Shown: positions 1 to 9,119 of the stretch, in pieces
Layout of the letters: every line of letters begins with the position of its first letter
How positions within the stretch are numbered: the stretch's first letter is position 1
IMG/VR virus record: IMGVR_UViG_641522625_000005
Strand: one strand, 5' to 3'
Length of the DNA stretch: 23,396 nucleotides
Origin: a virus
Taxonomy: Duplodnaviria; Heunggongvirae; Uroviricota; Caudoviricetes
Position numbers and translations under genes: made by a program
Notes under the pieces: generated by a model
What the model was told of the DNA's origin: nothing
Seen by the model: the letters and a program-made list of their open reading frames with translations, nothing else
The model's database searches: none

Positions 1-1236
1 CTACGATAACCGCGCATTCAACATGGCTATCTGTTCGTCGTTCATGTCATCAATCCACATACCGTAAATTTCATACACCATCTGCGCAGTTTCATGCCCC
101 ATTTGGCTGGCTATAAATGCCGGGTTCGCTCCTGCCGTCAACAGCCAGCAGGCAAAAGTATGCCGCGTATGGTACGGATTACGGCGGCGAATACCAGCAC
201 GTTTTACTGCTGCATTCCACCTTGCCCCCAAACTGCTTACCGAGTAATAAGGTTTTTGTTTTCCGTTACACACCCTGGGCATGAAAACAAAATGCAGTTT
301 TTGCTTTTCGGTTCTGCCGTACTCCCGATGATAAAAGGTGATTTCGCTTTTGCGATGATGCCCGGTCAGTTTGTATTGCTCCTTCAGTGCTTCAAGAGCA
401 GGCTGCAGTAGTGTTACTGTTCGGATCCCGGCATTTGTTTTTGGGGGACCGAACATATCAAGTATCGTCAGGTTTCTTCTGACATTCACTATTCCCTTTT
501 CGAGATCCACATCCTCCCACGCCAGAGCTGCCAGTTCCCCGTGACGAAGTCCTGAGTAAACGGCAAATTTCCACAAGTTCTGGCTCTGTCCTTTTTCACT
601 TTCCATTAATGCATTGAATTCTGTTTTAGATAACGGATCAGGCTTTATTCTGTTTCGCTGTAATTTTTTTACTCCTTCAAATGGTTTGGTTGATATAAAT
701 CCCGACTGATACGCAAAACGCAACAGCGAACAGAGCAGGGCGATATAGTTATCAACTGTGCGCACGGTTCTTCCTTTTTTGTTGGATCTTGGATTATCCA
801 GGTAAAGCGTTTCTCCATGCAGCAGTTCATTCCGGTAGTTTAAGATATCGCTATAACGAATATGTGATATCGGGGTACTTTCACAAATTATTATTCTAAG
901 TGTTTTTAATTGTGATTTCGTTTTCTTCATTGTGTTTGTTGTTAACTCTGTCTCTTTAATTTTTGTCCAGATATCACAAAGCTCTCCGAACGTTTTTATG
1001 ACTCTCGTTGTCACCATTTTTGCCCCAGTGCTGGACTGGGGAAAACGTCTTAAATACTCAAATTCACCGGAGTTTATTTCATGAACTATCAGCGCTCTTA
1101 AATTTCCGGCCTTTTTAATATTACTGTTTGTAATCTCCCAGCCTTTTAATGTTTCCCGACATCGTTTTCCTCGAAACATGAACCAGATGCGAATGTATCT
1201 ACCTCTAATCTCGACACCTGTTGGTAATTTAGACAT
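1..1236 (-). CDS. intR: Tyrosine site-specific integrase (phage integrase family), 411 aa
   Basis: ATG at 1236..1234, stop TAG at 3..1. C-terminal region with HTRHT...Y motif typical of tyrosine recombinases. Followed 1 nt downstream by an excisionase-like ORF. Length matches my recall of Rac IntR. Confidence 0.9.
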   Translation of the reverse strand: MSKLPTGVEIRGRYIRIWFMFRGKRCRETLKGWEITNSNIKKAGNLRALIVHEINSGEFEYLRRFPQSSTGAKMVTTRVIKTFGELCDIWTKIKETELTTNTMKKTKSQLKTLRIIICESTPISHIRYSDILNYRNELLHGETLYLDNPRSNKKGRTVRTVDNYIALLCSLLRFAYQSGFISTKPFEGVKKLQRNRIKPDPLSKTEFNALMESEKGQSQNLWKFAVYSGLRHGELAALAWEDVDLEKGIVNVRRNLTILDMFGPPKTNAGIRTVTLLQPALEALKEQYKLTGHHRKSEITFYHREYGRTEKQKLHFVFMPRVCNGKQKPYYSVSSLGARWNAAVKRAGIRRRNPYHTRHTFACWLLTAGANPAFIASQMGHETAQMVYEIYGMWIDDMNDEQIAMLNARLS

Positions 1237-1237
1237 A

Positions 1238-1453
1238 TCATGAGTCTTTGATAAACTGATTTATCTTTGGATAGTTGTACCAGATAATCCCTCGTTTGCT
1301 GTCTGGCTTACCTAAAGGAGATACTCGTTTGAAGTGGAAGCCCTCCACCCAACAGTTCTGGCGGTATGCTTCAATTTGTCTGGCCCCCAGACCAGTGCGA
1401 AGCATCAGGCCGTATTCAACCATCCACTCTTCATTAAAGATTACTTGTGCCAT
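1238..1453 (-). CDS. xisR: Excisionase-like small protein, 71 aa
   Basis: ATG at 1453..1451 checked in sequence; the ORF-track start at 1477 is TTG. Position immediately upstream of int; 71 aa matches recalled YdaQ/XisR. Confidence 0.7.
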   Translation of the reverse strand: MAQVIFNEEWMVEYGLMLRTGLGARQIEAYRQNCWVEGFHFKRVSPLGKPDSKRGIIWYNYPKINQFIKDS

Positions 1454-1531
1454 CGCATCACCTCTGGCAGGCGCCAATGTTAGACTGAAATTGACGCCCG
1501 ATGTTGATTATTAATAATCAGCTATGAAGTT

Positions 1532-1741
1532 TTAATTTGAATACAATGCAATTCTCGAGGACTGAAGTTTCTCGCAATTAAAATTTATCAGTTTTACTTT
1601 CTGCTCTCTGGAAACGCCTGCTTCTTTTTTACCTGAGAGCATTTTTTCGCATTCTGATTTCGTTAGTTTAGATTTTGAATATCTTGTCCAGTTAGTAGGA
1701 GTGCCACCTTCCTTTTCAATAGTGGCGGTAATTTTATACAT
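1532..1741 (-). CDS. rcbA: YdaC/RcbA small protein, 69 aa
   Basis: ATG at 1741..1739 (MYKITATIEKEGG...), 69 aa; overlaps the ralR 3' end by 8 nt. Confidence 0.7.
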   Translation of the reverse strand: MYKITATIEKEGGTPTNWTRYSKSKLTKSECEKMLSGKKEAGVSREQKVKLINFNCEKLQSSRIALYSN

Positions 1742-1928
1742 GAACACCTCCATTATTATTTCCAGTGGTTCGTTTATTCCATCTTTCGAGTGCTTCTTTT
1801 TCACTTCCACCATAACCGGTTCGGGATTCGCATCCGTTACACTTCGCTCGGTAATATCCTGAAATGGCTTTCACCGTTACTGATGGACAACCACAAAATG
1901 GACATGGTTTAACATTGTCATATCTCAT
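1734..1928 (-). CDS. ralR: RalR (Lar) restriction-alleviation protein / type I toxin DNase, 64 aa
   Basis: ATG at 1928..1926 gives MRYDNVKPCPFCGCPSVTVKAISGYYRAKCNGCES..., four Cys in CxxC-like spacing; stop TAA at 1736..1734. Confidence 0.8.
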   Translation of the reverse strand: MRYDNVKPCPFCGCPSVTVKAISGYYRAKCNGCESRTGYGGSEKEALERWNKRTTGNNNGGVHV

Positions 1929-1984
1929 AATTTTTCTCATAAAAAATATTTCAAGTTGGCGGTGCATTACACCGCCAGGCTGAA

Positions 1985-2794
1985 TTATTCCTCTGAATTA
2001 TCGATTACACTGTATTCCCCGGTTAATACAGAGGAATCTGCAGGATCGATTGTCAGTGGTTCCTTTTCATCCATTGATACTGCACGCTGGATCTCAATTG
2101 ATACGGGCAAATATTTGAACAGGCGACGAATAGCCGTTTTCTTTGCCATTTCTTCCCAGTGAGTTACCCACGGCCCGTTATTACCAGCTTTACTCAGGCT
2201 GCGCACCAGCTCAATCTGTTTGCGCGTCATAACTTCAAACTGAGTACCTCCGTCTTTCAGTCTTGCGACAGCATAGACGTGGGTAACCGGGGCATCTTCG
2301 TTTTCTCCCGGGCGGTGTATTAACTTTTCATCAAGGCCAAATTCGAAGCTAAACTCGTCACCTTCACGGACAACACGGGCTGACAGGCTGGCGATTTGAC
2401 CAGAACGGCGAGCCAGATCAATCATGCCGCGATAGCCAATGATTAGCTGAACGTTCTTTTTACCGCTCTTTTCGTTTTTATTACCAAAAGGCAGTAAATA
2501 TGCATGACCGAGGGCGCTACCTGGCTCAAGTCCGAGCTGTGAACACTGTACGATCGCACTGACAAAACTCATAGTGTCACAGTTTCCTAACGCCGGAACT
2601 TTACGAATTTCTGTGGTGGCGATACGGATCATACGTTCAGCCGTCATATGGCGTGGAAGAGCTGCTGCCAGTTGCTCTTTCATTGATGGCTGGTTAATAA
2701 AACTAATCACGTCGCTATTTTTAACTGCTGCTGGTGCACGGTTTCCCTGAGTTTTTTGCAGATCGGCTTTTGCGATTGGTGGTTGCTTAGTCAT
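1985..2794 (-). CDS. recT: RecT single-strand annealing protein, 269 aa
   Basis: ATG at 2794..2792 ([14 protein letters not shown]...); 269 aa; start overlaps the recE stop by 8 nt, typical coupled recET pair. Confidence 0.9.
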
Positions 2795-5387
2795 TTGCAT
2801 ATTCCTTAGCCCAGCGGGGCAGTGATAATGTCTTAATAGCTGGCCATTCATCGGTATTCAGGCAGTCAGACAGGGTTCGCAGATTGCGGTGATATTCCTG
2901 TTGACCTGCCAGTTTTGCTTCTTCGCCCATCATGAAAATTTCAACCGGATAACGTCCGCATTCAATAGTTGTGCTGGCAACCAGAAAAACGAAAGTTGGC
3001 TGCACTCCAAACTGTGCTTCATAACCGTCACTGTAGAATGCATCCTGAACGTGATAGCGGTAGTCGTAATAAGCGGTTTTGAATCGTTGAATATCCGCCG
3101 TAGTTTTCACGTCCATGATCCAGTGAAATTCAGGGATAATTTTGTCCGGACGGCACCGACACAAAATTCCTGTTTCAGGATCTTCCCAGTAAATTGATGA
3201 TTCAGCGTGTCCGGCGCTTTCAACAAGCCATTGCCCCAGCGGCAAAGCCATAACGCTTTGATACATGAGTTCAATTTTCCGGCCTTCTTCCGCAGTGATA
3301 ACCGTTTTTCCTGTGCTTGCGCATTCCATCAGAAACGCTTTCTCTTCTTCTTTTCCGGCGTTTGTACGGCGGTTAAATTCAGGTGCTACGATAAAGCGGT
3401 TACTGAATTCTTCCGGTTCAAGTACCCGGCAGTGGAAAGCAGTTCCTAAATCGAGCGTTTTTGTCTTTGTGGTGTCCACGGGGGCATTTTTACGCCACAA
3501 ATATAGTGCCGGAGTATCAGCAATGTCATCGAGCTGAGACTTACTGATACCGGGACCCGCGTGGTAATTCTCATTCGAAATTCCGTAATAAATACCTGGC
3601 TCTATGTCTTCTACGATTACGGGATCTGCGACTTCGCCAGTTTCATCACTGCAATCGCGATGCGGATCGCTGCCAGCATTCTCATTGTGCGGATGTTCAG
3701 CGCCTTCCATTTCCTCCGGATCATTTTCCTTAGCTTCAACCTGACTCTCTTCATCGAATGTTTCCTGGTATGTTGCGTCGCCCATCACCGCACCACAGTC
3801 AGGGCAGTTATCCCCGCCAGTCTGGCCGCAGGCATTGCAGGCTATTTCCGGTTCCTGTTGCACTACTGGCTCAGGTTGATTCATATCTGGGCTGGTTTTT
3901 TCCGTTTCTGGCTGGTTCTGGTACACACAATCGCGAGTCTGGATCCCCTTTACCCATTTCGGATCGTTCGGGTCGCTAATTCCGTCAACAAATTCACCAC
4001 GTGATGCAGCAAGCAATTTATCGTCATCGACAGGATTTTTTGATGGAATGTTTTTCCGGGCTTCATGGAGTTCTGCCCGCAGTTCCTGATATTTCGCATC
4101 AACAGAATTTACCTGTGACTGAGCATCCAGCGGCTGCGTGTCCTGATGATGTTCAGTTGCGTCCGGTTCCATTGTTTCAGCCTCTCCCTGTTCAACTGCC
4201 GTTGTTCCAGATGGTTGCGGTTTTTCTTCATCATCCTGTTTTCCTTCTTCTGTTACTCGCTGCGGCATCGGGGCAGAGGAGCGACCGCAGGCAATATCCA
4301 CGATTTCCGGATCAGGGTTGGCATGATCGGTTTCAGTCAGTACTTTGTTCAGATATTCAGTGACGTGCGCGGGGATGACCTCGATCCCAATTGGTGCTTC
4401 TTTTACGGACGCAACCACGATGGCGCGGGAATAATCCAGCCCGCCAGGCATGGTGATGAATTTGTCGCGGAAAACAGAAAAGGGCGGTTTATTTTCAGCG
4501 ATAATTTCCTCAATGCGTTTAGCGTGTGCCGGATGAAGGTTATAGATGTCCAGATCCATTGAACGGGCCAGTACGCCAGTGGCTACGTCGCGCGCCAGTG
4601 ACGTCAGATCGTGTACGAAACCTTCGCCGCGATCGGTGAGGTTTCCGCCGCCAGCATTAGCACCGGAAGCCGTGCGAGTGATGTGTGAAACACGATTACC
4701 CTTCATCCACTCTTTTGTCAGCAGTCCTCGATCGGTGTAGTCAGCGTTCAGGTATGCTTCGAAAAAAGCAGTTATCAGTCCCAGGTTTGAATTACCAGGA
4801 TTAGGGAAAACTTTGTCAGTGTCACGAACCAGTTTGTGGAGTTCGCGAATTTCCAGCGGGTCGAGCAGGCTGGTTTTGTGGGAAACAGCCAGGGCAGTAA
4901 CAGCCGGTAGTTCTTCAGCCCGAGCAATGTGTAATGCCTGGAGTCCGTCGCGTGAAACGTGCGTTACCGGTTTTTCGCTGCCGTGTTGAGCAAGCCAACG
5001 AATGGGCAGTTCCTGGCCAGAAATTGGGAGTAGCATATTCTCCTCAATCTCAGTCATGTCTTCGCCGTTGACGTTGGTATTGCCTTGATAGTGAGCGTTG
5101 TCTGGTGCTGCTCCCGGTTTTAGTTCCCATGTCATGGAGTCTTTGCTGAGTTGATAGCGTTCACTCCAGGTAAAATCGATCTCACCTTCAGCGGGCAGGT
5201 CATTAACGACAGGAAAATTCGTGGCAACAGCTTTAAAATAGCTGCTCAGTTTTTTACCTGACTTAACGATCAGGTAGTCCAGAGTGGCACAGGTCGATTC
5301 AAAATCGTTGCTTGCCCACAGGACGACGTCAGGTTCACCGGATGATTTTTTCGCTTTCCGTAACAGGAAGAGTGGTTTTGTGCTCAT
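2787..5387 (-). CDS. recE: RecE exonuclease VIII, 866 aa
   Basis: 866-aa ORF, ATG at 5387..5385 with GAGG RBS upstream; acidic middle region, immediately upstream of recT. Confidence 0.9.
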
Positions 5388-5488
5388 TGTTTTTTAACCT
5401 CAACTCAGATTAAAATTCGTTTTGTTCAGTGAATGATCTTGCCGGATACACACTGTTCATAGCCTGCGCCATACGCAGGCTATTTCTT

Positions 5489-5764
5489 TCAGATTTCACC
5501 TTTTAATTTCATTGCAATTAGAGTTGCCAGAAATTCGGCTTTTTTTTCTGCGGGCAGATTCTTTCCGATATGCACCAGGCACATTTTTTTGACACCTTCA
5601 TCAAGTGTTTTTACGTTGCCTGATGGACCATCGATATCAACCACAGTGAATGGGGTTTCTTTATTTTCTGTTTTAATTACGTAGCCAATGCGCTTTCCTT
5701 CCAGATTCACCTCGTGAACAATGTCATCGGTAGTTACAACAGTGGCTTCATAATTGGTAATCAT
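5489..5764 (-). CDS. racC: RacC small protein, 91 aa
   Basis: ATG at 5764..5762 preceded by AAGGAG; MITNYEATVVTTDD...; 91 aa. Confidence 0.75.
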   Translation of the reverse strand: MITNYEATVVTTDDIVHEVNLEGKRIGYVIKTENKETPFTVVDIDGPSGNVKTLDEGVKKMCLVHIGKNLPAEKKAEFLATLIAMKLKGEI

Positions 5765-5838
5765 GTTTTTCTCCTTAATTAAGGTTGAGCGAATACCTGC
5801 CATTTCTGGCATAAATTCAGTTTCGAATAGTCAATTAA

Positions 5839-6009
5839 TTAAAGTTCATGTGCCATCTGGTCTTTTTCGGCACAAGCTTCACTGCAATATTTTCTCGGTT
5901 CGTCTTTTGATAAAATCCCGTGCATGAAGTGAAGCATTCTTTCAATAGCTTTGCTTTCTTCAACGTCTTTTTTGCAAAGGTGGTAAGCACATTTTATTTT
6001 CTTAGTCAT
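5839..6009 (-). CDS. ydaE: YdaE Cys-rich small protein (metallothionein-like), 56 aa
   Basis: Hand-translated from the minus strand (not in the ORF track): [56 protein letters not shown], stop TAA at 5841..5839. Its ATG overlaps the kilR stop (ATGA). Confidence 0.75.
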   Translation of the reverse strand: MTKKIKCAYHLCKKDVEESKAIERMLHFMHGILSKDEPRKYCSEACAEKDQMAHEL

Positions 6010-6230
6010 CACCATGACTCCGCCTTTACAGGTAAACCATCACGACCGAGGAAGACTTTAATCATGCGGTCAGTAATGAATGTTTTTGTGGTCAGGTTAC
6101 GAATATATAGTTTTCGCTTTTTAATATTGTTTGCCGAGGCAATATATGTCCGGCCTTCATGAAGAACATAATCGCCAGGAGTCACACACTGACGTGGTAT
6201 TTCATCAGTTCCGAAGTGATGTGCAATCAT
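6009..6230 (-). CDS. kilR: KilR cell-division inhibitor, 73 aa
   Basis: ATG at 6230..6228 with GGAGA RBS; [29 protein letters not shown]...; 73 aa. Confidence 0.8.
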
Positions 6231-6399
6231 AATTATCTCCATTTTTACAAATGAACTTTGTTGATGCGGTGTCTGGTGCCTCCAGGTGACTGCAACCAGT
6301 TAACAATTACAGTCGGCTTTCCCACCCAAACCAATAAGGACTAACATGACTTTTAACTGTGCCACGTGCGCTTAGCCGCATTCACCGCATCACAAAATT

Positions 6400-6453
6400 C
6401 ACTTTAAAAAGGGCGGACATCAGCCGAACTTCAAGAAAAAAACTGATGCCGCC
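6400..6453 (-). terminator. Candidate intrinsic terminator on the minus strand (11-bp stem with one bulge, 19-nt loop, U5 tail)
   Basis: Arms GGCGGACATCAG (6412..6423) and CTGATGCCGCC (6443..6453); on the minus strand the stem is followed by CUUUUU (complement of 6401..6409). Lies in the kilR-sieB intergenic region. Confidence 0.3.
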
Positions 6454-6671
6454 AGGACTACACACAGCAATGTCGTTATTTACAACCGGAGGCGCACTCC
6501 CACCATTTAAATTTAACAGACAAGACCGACTCTTTATGGATATCGGAAATGCGCCTTCGTGTTGTGCCCGGTTTTATTTCACCACCTCCGGGCTTCGGTG
6601 GTCTCGGCTATACCCCTACAGCGAGAGCTTGTGTTAACATTTCAATACCCTTACAGTTGAGAGTTATTGAT

Positions 6672-7160
6672 ATGTTGGATGTATTTACTCCATTGTTGAA
6701 ACTTTTTGCTAACGAGCCACTCGAAAGACTTATGTATACGATTATCATTTTTGGTCTCACTCTCTGGCTGATACCGAAAGAGTTTACTGTCGCATTCAAT
6801 GCTTATACTGAAATACCTTGGCTCTTTCAGATTATCGTTTTTGCCTTTTCTTTCGTGGTCGCCATTTCCTTCTCAAGATTGCGAGCACATATTCAAAAGC
6901 ATTATTCATTACTACCAGAGCAACGAGTATTGCTTCGTTTATCTGAGAAAGAAATCGCTGTATTTAAAGATTTCCTTAAAACAGGAAATCTTATTATCAC
7001 TTCTCCTTGCCGTAACCCGGTTATGAAAAAATTAGAACGGAAGGGCATCATTCAACATCAGAGTGATAGCGCAAACTGTTCTTATTATCTCGTCACCGAA
7101 AAATACTCCCATTTTATGAAGTTATTCTGGAACAGCAGGAGTAGACGTTTTAATCGTTAG
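6672..7160 (+). CDS. sieB: SieB superinfection exclusion protein, 162 aa, membrane
   Basis: ATG at 6672 (MLDVFTPLLKLFANEPLERLMYTIIIFGLTLWLIPKEF...), hydrophobic N-terminal segments; stop TAG 7158..7160. The ORF-track 5' extension to 6549 is unlikely. Confidence 0.8.
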   Translation: MLDVFTPLLKLFANEPLERLMYTIIIFGLTLWLIPKEFTVAFNAYTEIPWLFQIIVFAFSFVVAISFSRLRAHIQKHYSLLPEQRVLLRLSEKEIAVFKDFLKTGNLIITSPCRNPVMKKLERKGIIQHQSDSANCSYYLVTEKYSHFMKLFWNSRSRRFNR

Positions 7161-7312
7161 CTTACTGTGTGCTTCTCCAACCATCGGCGCGCACCAGTTT
7201 CGGTTTTAAATGTTTTGCTTTTGGTATACGTCATGGCAGTGAACGTTCCATCCTGGTTGGGGAACACGCCGCACACCAGGGATTCGTTGTTGCCGAGGTC
7301 GATTTTTTGCAT
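7157..7312 (-). CDS. ydaF: YdaF small protein, 51 aa
   Basis: Hand-translated: MQKIDLGNNESLVCGVFPNQDGTFTAMTYTKSKTFKTETGARRWLEKHTVS; ATG at 7312..7310; convergent with and overlapping the sieB stop. Confidence 0.65.
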   Translation of the reverse strand: MQKIDLGNNESLVCGVFPNQDGTFTAMTYTKSKTFKTETGARRWLEKHTVS

Positions 7313-7322
7313 TTTGCGAATC

Positions 7323-7457
7323 TCACATCTTGTTGCTACGTATAGCGACTTCTGCCTGCCAGAGATCCCAGTCGTTGCTGCGTAAAGCCTGCACAGCCTG
7401 GTTGTAAGTGATACCGCAACAATCCATCAAATACTGAACTACTTCGTAATGCACCAT
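7323..7457 (-). CDS. ydaG: YdaG small protein, 44 aa
   Basis: Hand-translated: MVHYEVVQYLMDCCGITYNQAVQALRSNDWDLWQAEVAIRSNKM; ATG at 7457..7455 preceded by AAGGGGAGAGA RBS. Confidence 0.65.
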   Translation of the reverse strand: MVHYEVVQYLMDCCGITYNQAVQALRSNDWDLWQAEVAIRSNKM

Positions 7458-7626
7458 CTTATCTCTCCCCTTAACGCCGGGTGGCGGAACTAACTGCTGC
7501 ACTGCAAAATTTGAATCCCGCCGTCATGTTCATACGCCTCGGGCTGGCTACTTAACCCCTTACCACTGCCTGGTAACTCGAAGTATTGCCCGGCGTTCTG
7601 TGGGGCGGGGTGGGTGGTATGCTGGA

Positions 7627-7670
7627 ACTATAGGTAATGCCTAATTGATTGTCAATAGGCTATGCCTAAT
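7627..7670 (-). promoter_or_regulatory. Leftward PL-like promoter with overlapping operator (OL-like)
   Basis: On the minus strand: -35 TTGACA (complement of 7650..7655), 17-nt spacer, -10 TATAGT (complement of 7627..7632). Embedded in a 26-bp element (7645..7670) that is the inverted near-copy of the element at 8295..8320; repeated TGCCTAAT motifs. Confidence 0.6.
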
Positions 7671-7765
7671 GTTTTGAGCGTAACCTAATAGGTGATGGCG
7701 ACAGCAGAAAGTGATGGGGGGGTTAAATAACGGAATCCAGGAGTTTTCCGTCAGACCATATAAGT

Positions 7766-8242
7766 TTAAGTTCCAGTTTTTGTGATGTTCTGGCTTTTCC
7801 GTTCAGATTCAAGAGCTTTCAGATACTTACCCACTTTCATTTCCATCGCTGCTATGTAGGCGCGAACATCGTGGTCAACCCAATCTGGTTCTGTAGCATT
7901 TCCAGATAACAGGAAAGCTACAATCGCTCTTATTTCATCAGAGGCTGCTTGATAAAGGTTGTTTATATCTAAAAGTTCACTTTTTGTATCTGAATTGGTG
8001 GGGGTTGGTATGGGGTATTCGTTAAGCCCCCAATGCTCTGGACCAACAACATCAGAAAAGAAACGCCATAATTCTGGAAGTTTATCTTTACTTATAGAGC
8101 CTTTCTTAATCCAGTCATAAATTGATGGTGGTTGGACTTTAAAGTGGCGTGCGACCTCCGCCTTTGATTTGACGGATCCCGATGCGATTTTTTTGTTAAT
8201 GGCCTGCTCTATCGCTCGGCCTAAGTCTTTACCACTAAGCAT
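7766..8242 (-). CDS. racR: RacR prophage repressor (CI-like), 158 aa
   Basis: 158-aa ORF, ATG at 8242..8240 with AGGAG RBS; N-terminal HTH-like segment (SKAEVARHFKVQPPSIYDWIKKG); divergent from Cro-like ydaS. Confidence 0.9.
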   Translation of the reverse strand: MLSGKDLGRAIEQAINKKIASGSVKSKAEVARHFKVQPPSIYDWIKKGSISKDKLPELWRFFSDVVGPEHWGLNEYPIPTPTNSDTKSELLDINNLYQAASDEIRAIVAFLLSGNATEPDWVDHDVRAYIAAMEMKVGKYLKALESERKSQNITKTGT

Positions 8243-8294
8243 TGCTTAATATTCTCCTATGCGCATTACATTAGGCAATCCCTACCCTTACTGC

Positions 8295-8339
8295 ATTAGG
8301 CACAGCCTATTGACAATTGCGTTAGGCGTCGCCTAATAT
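8295..8339 (+). promoter_or_regulatory. Rightward PR-like promoter with overlapping operator (OR-like)
   Basis: -35 TTGACA 8310..8315, -10 TAATAT 8334..8339 (18-nt spacer) about 27 nt upstream of the ydaS ATG; ATTAGGCA/TTAGGCG repeats; 26-bp element ATTAGGCACAGCCTATTGACAATTGC. Confidence 0.65.
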
Positions 8340-8365
8340 TTCTGTGTGTTTTTGGAGTTCATTCG

Positions 8366-8662
8366 ATGAAAAAAGAGAACTATTCATTCAAGCAAGCTTG
8401 TGCTGTTGTCGGTGGGCAATCAGCAATGGCTAGGCTTTTAGGTGTATCACCTCCAAGCGTAAATCAATGGATCAAAGGGGTACGTCAATTGCCTGCCGAG
8501 AGATGTCCAGCAATTGAACGTGCAACAAGAGGTGAGGTTCTGTGCGAAGAACTTCGTCCTGATATTGACTGGTCATATTTACGACGTTCGGCATGTTGTT
8601 CGCAGAATATGTCAGTGAAGCAACTAAATGACAGTAACAAATCCTCATTTGATCATACCTGA
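8366..8662 (+). CDS. ydaS: YdaS Cro-like HTH protein, 98 aa
   Basis: ATG at 8366 with GGAG RBS; HTH segment (QSAMARLLGVSPPSVNQWIKG); first gene of the rightward operon. Confidence 0.85.
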   Translation: MKKENYSFKQACAVVGGQSAMARLLGVSPPSVNQWIKGVRQLPAERCPAIERATRGEVLCEELRPDIDWSYLRRSACCSQNMSVKQLNDSNKSSFDHT

Positions 8663-8684
8663 AACATCAAGAGGCAAATGATTC

Positions 8685-9107
8685 ATGAAAATCAAGCATG
8701 AGCACATCGAATCAGTGTTGTTTGCCCTAGCAGCCGAAAAAGGGCAGGCATGGGTAGCCAATGCAATTACTGAAGAATATCTGCGCCAGGGGGGCGGCGA
8801 ATTGCCCCTGGTTCCAGGCAAGGACTGGAACAATCAGCAGAATATCTATCACCGTTGGTTGAAAGGTGAAACGAAAACGCAAAGAGAAAAAATTCAGAAG
8901 CTGATCCCAGCAATTCTGGCAATCCTTCCGCGCGAGCTGCGTCACCGACTCTGCATCTTCGATACCCTGGAACGCCGTGCATTACTGGCGGCGCAGGAAG
9001 CGTTAAGTACGGCAATTGATGCGCATGATGATGCAGTCCAAGCCGTTTACCGGAAAGCGCATTTCAGCGGCGGCGGTTCTTCCGACGATTCTGTCATTGT
9101 TCATTAA
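8685..9107 (+). CDS. ydaT: YdaT, 140 aa (CII-position protein; reported toxic when derepressed)
   Basis: ATG at 8685 with AAGAGG RBS; 140 aa; second gene after the Cro-like gene. Confidence 0.85.
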   Translation: MKIKHEHIESVLFALAAEKGQAWVANAITEEYLRQGGGELPLVPGKDWNNQQNIYHRWLKGETKTQREKIQKLIPAILAILPRELRHRLCIFDTLERRALLAAQEALSTAIDAHDDAVQAVYRKAHFSGGGSSDDSVIVH

Positions 9108-9119
9108 GCAAAAGTTTCC

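Noticed and set aside
94-411. 105-aa plus-strand ORF inside intR
   Set aside because: Antisense to a well-supported integrase gene; no RBS.
2889-4740. Multiple 60-150-aa plus-strand ORFs inside recE
   Set aside because: Antisense to recE; compositionally biased translations.
5773-5784. 12-bp perfect palindrome CCTTAATTAAGG
   Set aside because: Coincides with the racC Shine-Dalgarno region; too short and isolated to call a protein-binding site.
6359-6671. 92-aa ORF and the 5' extension of sieB to 6549
   Set aside because: The extension starts at a non-ATG codon; the conserved SieB N-terminus begins at the ATG at 6672; the 92-aa ORF has no RBS and crosses a hairpin.
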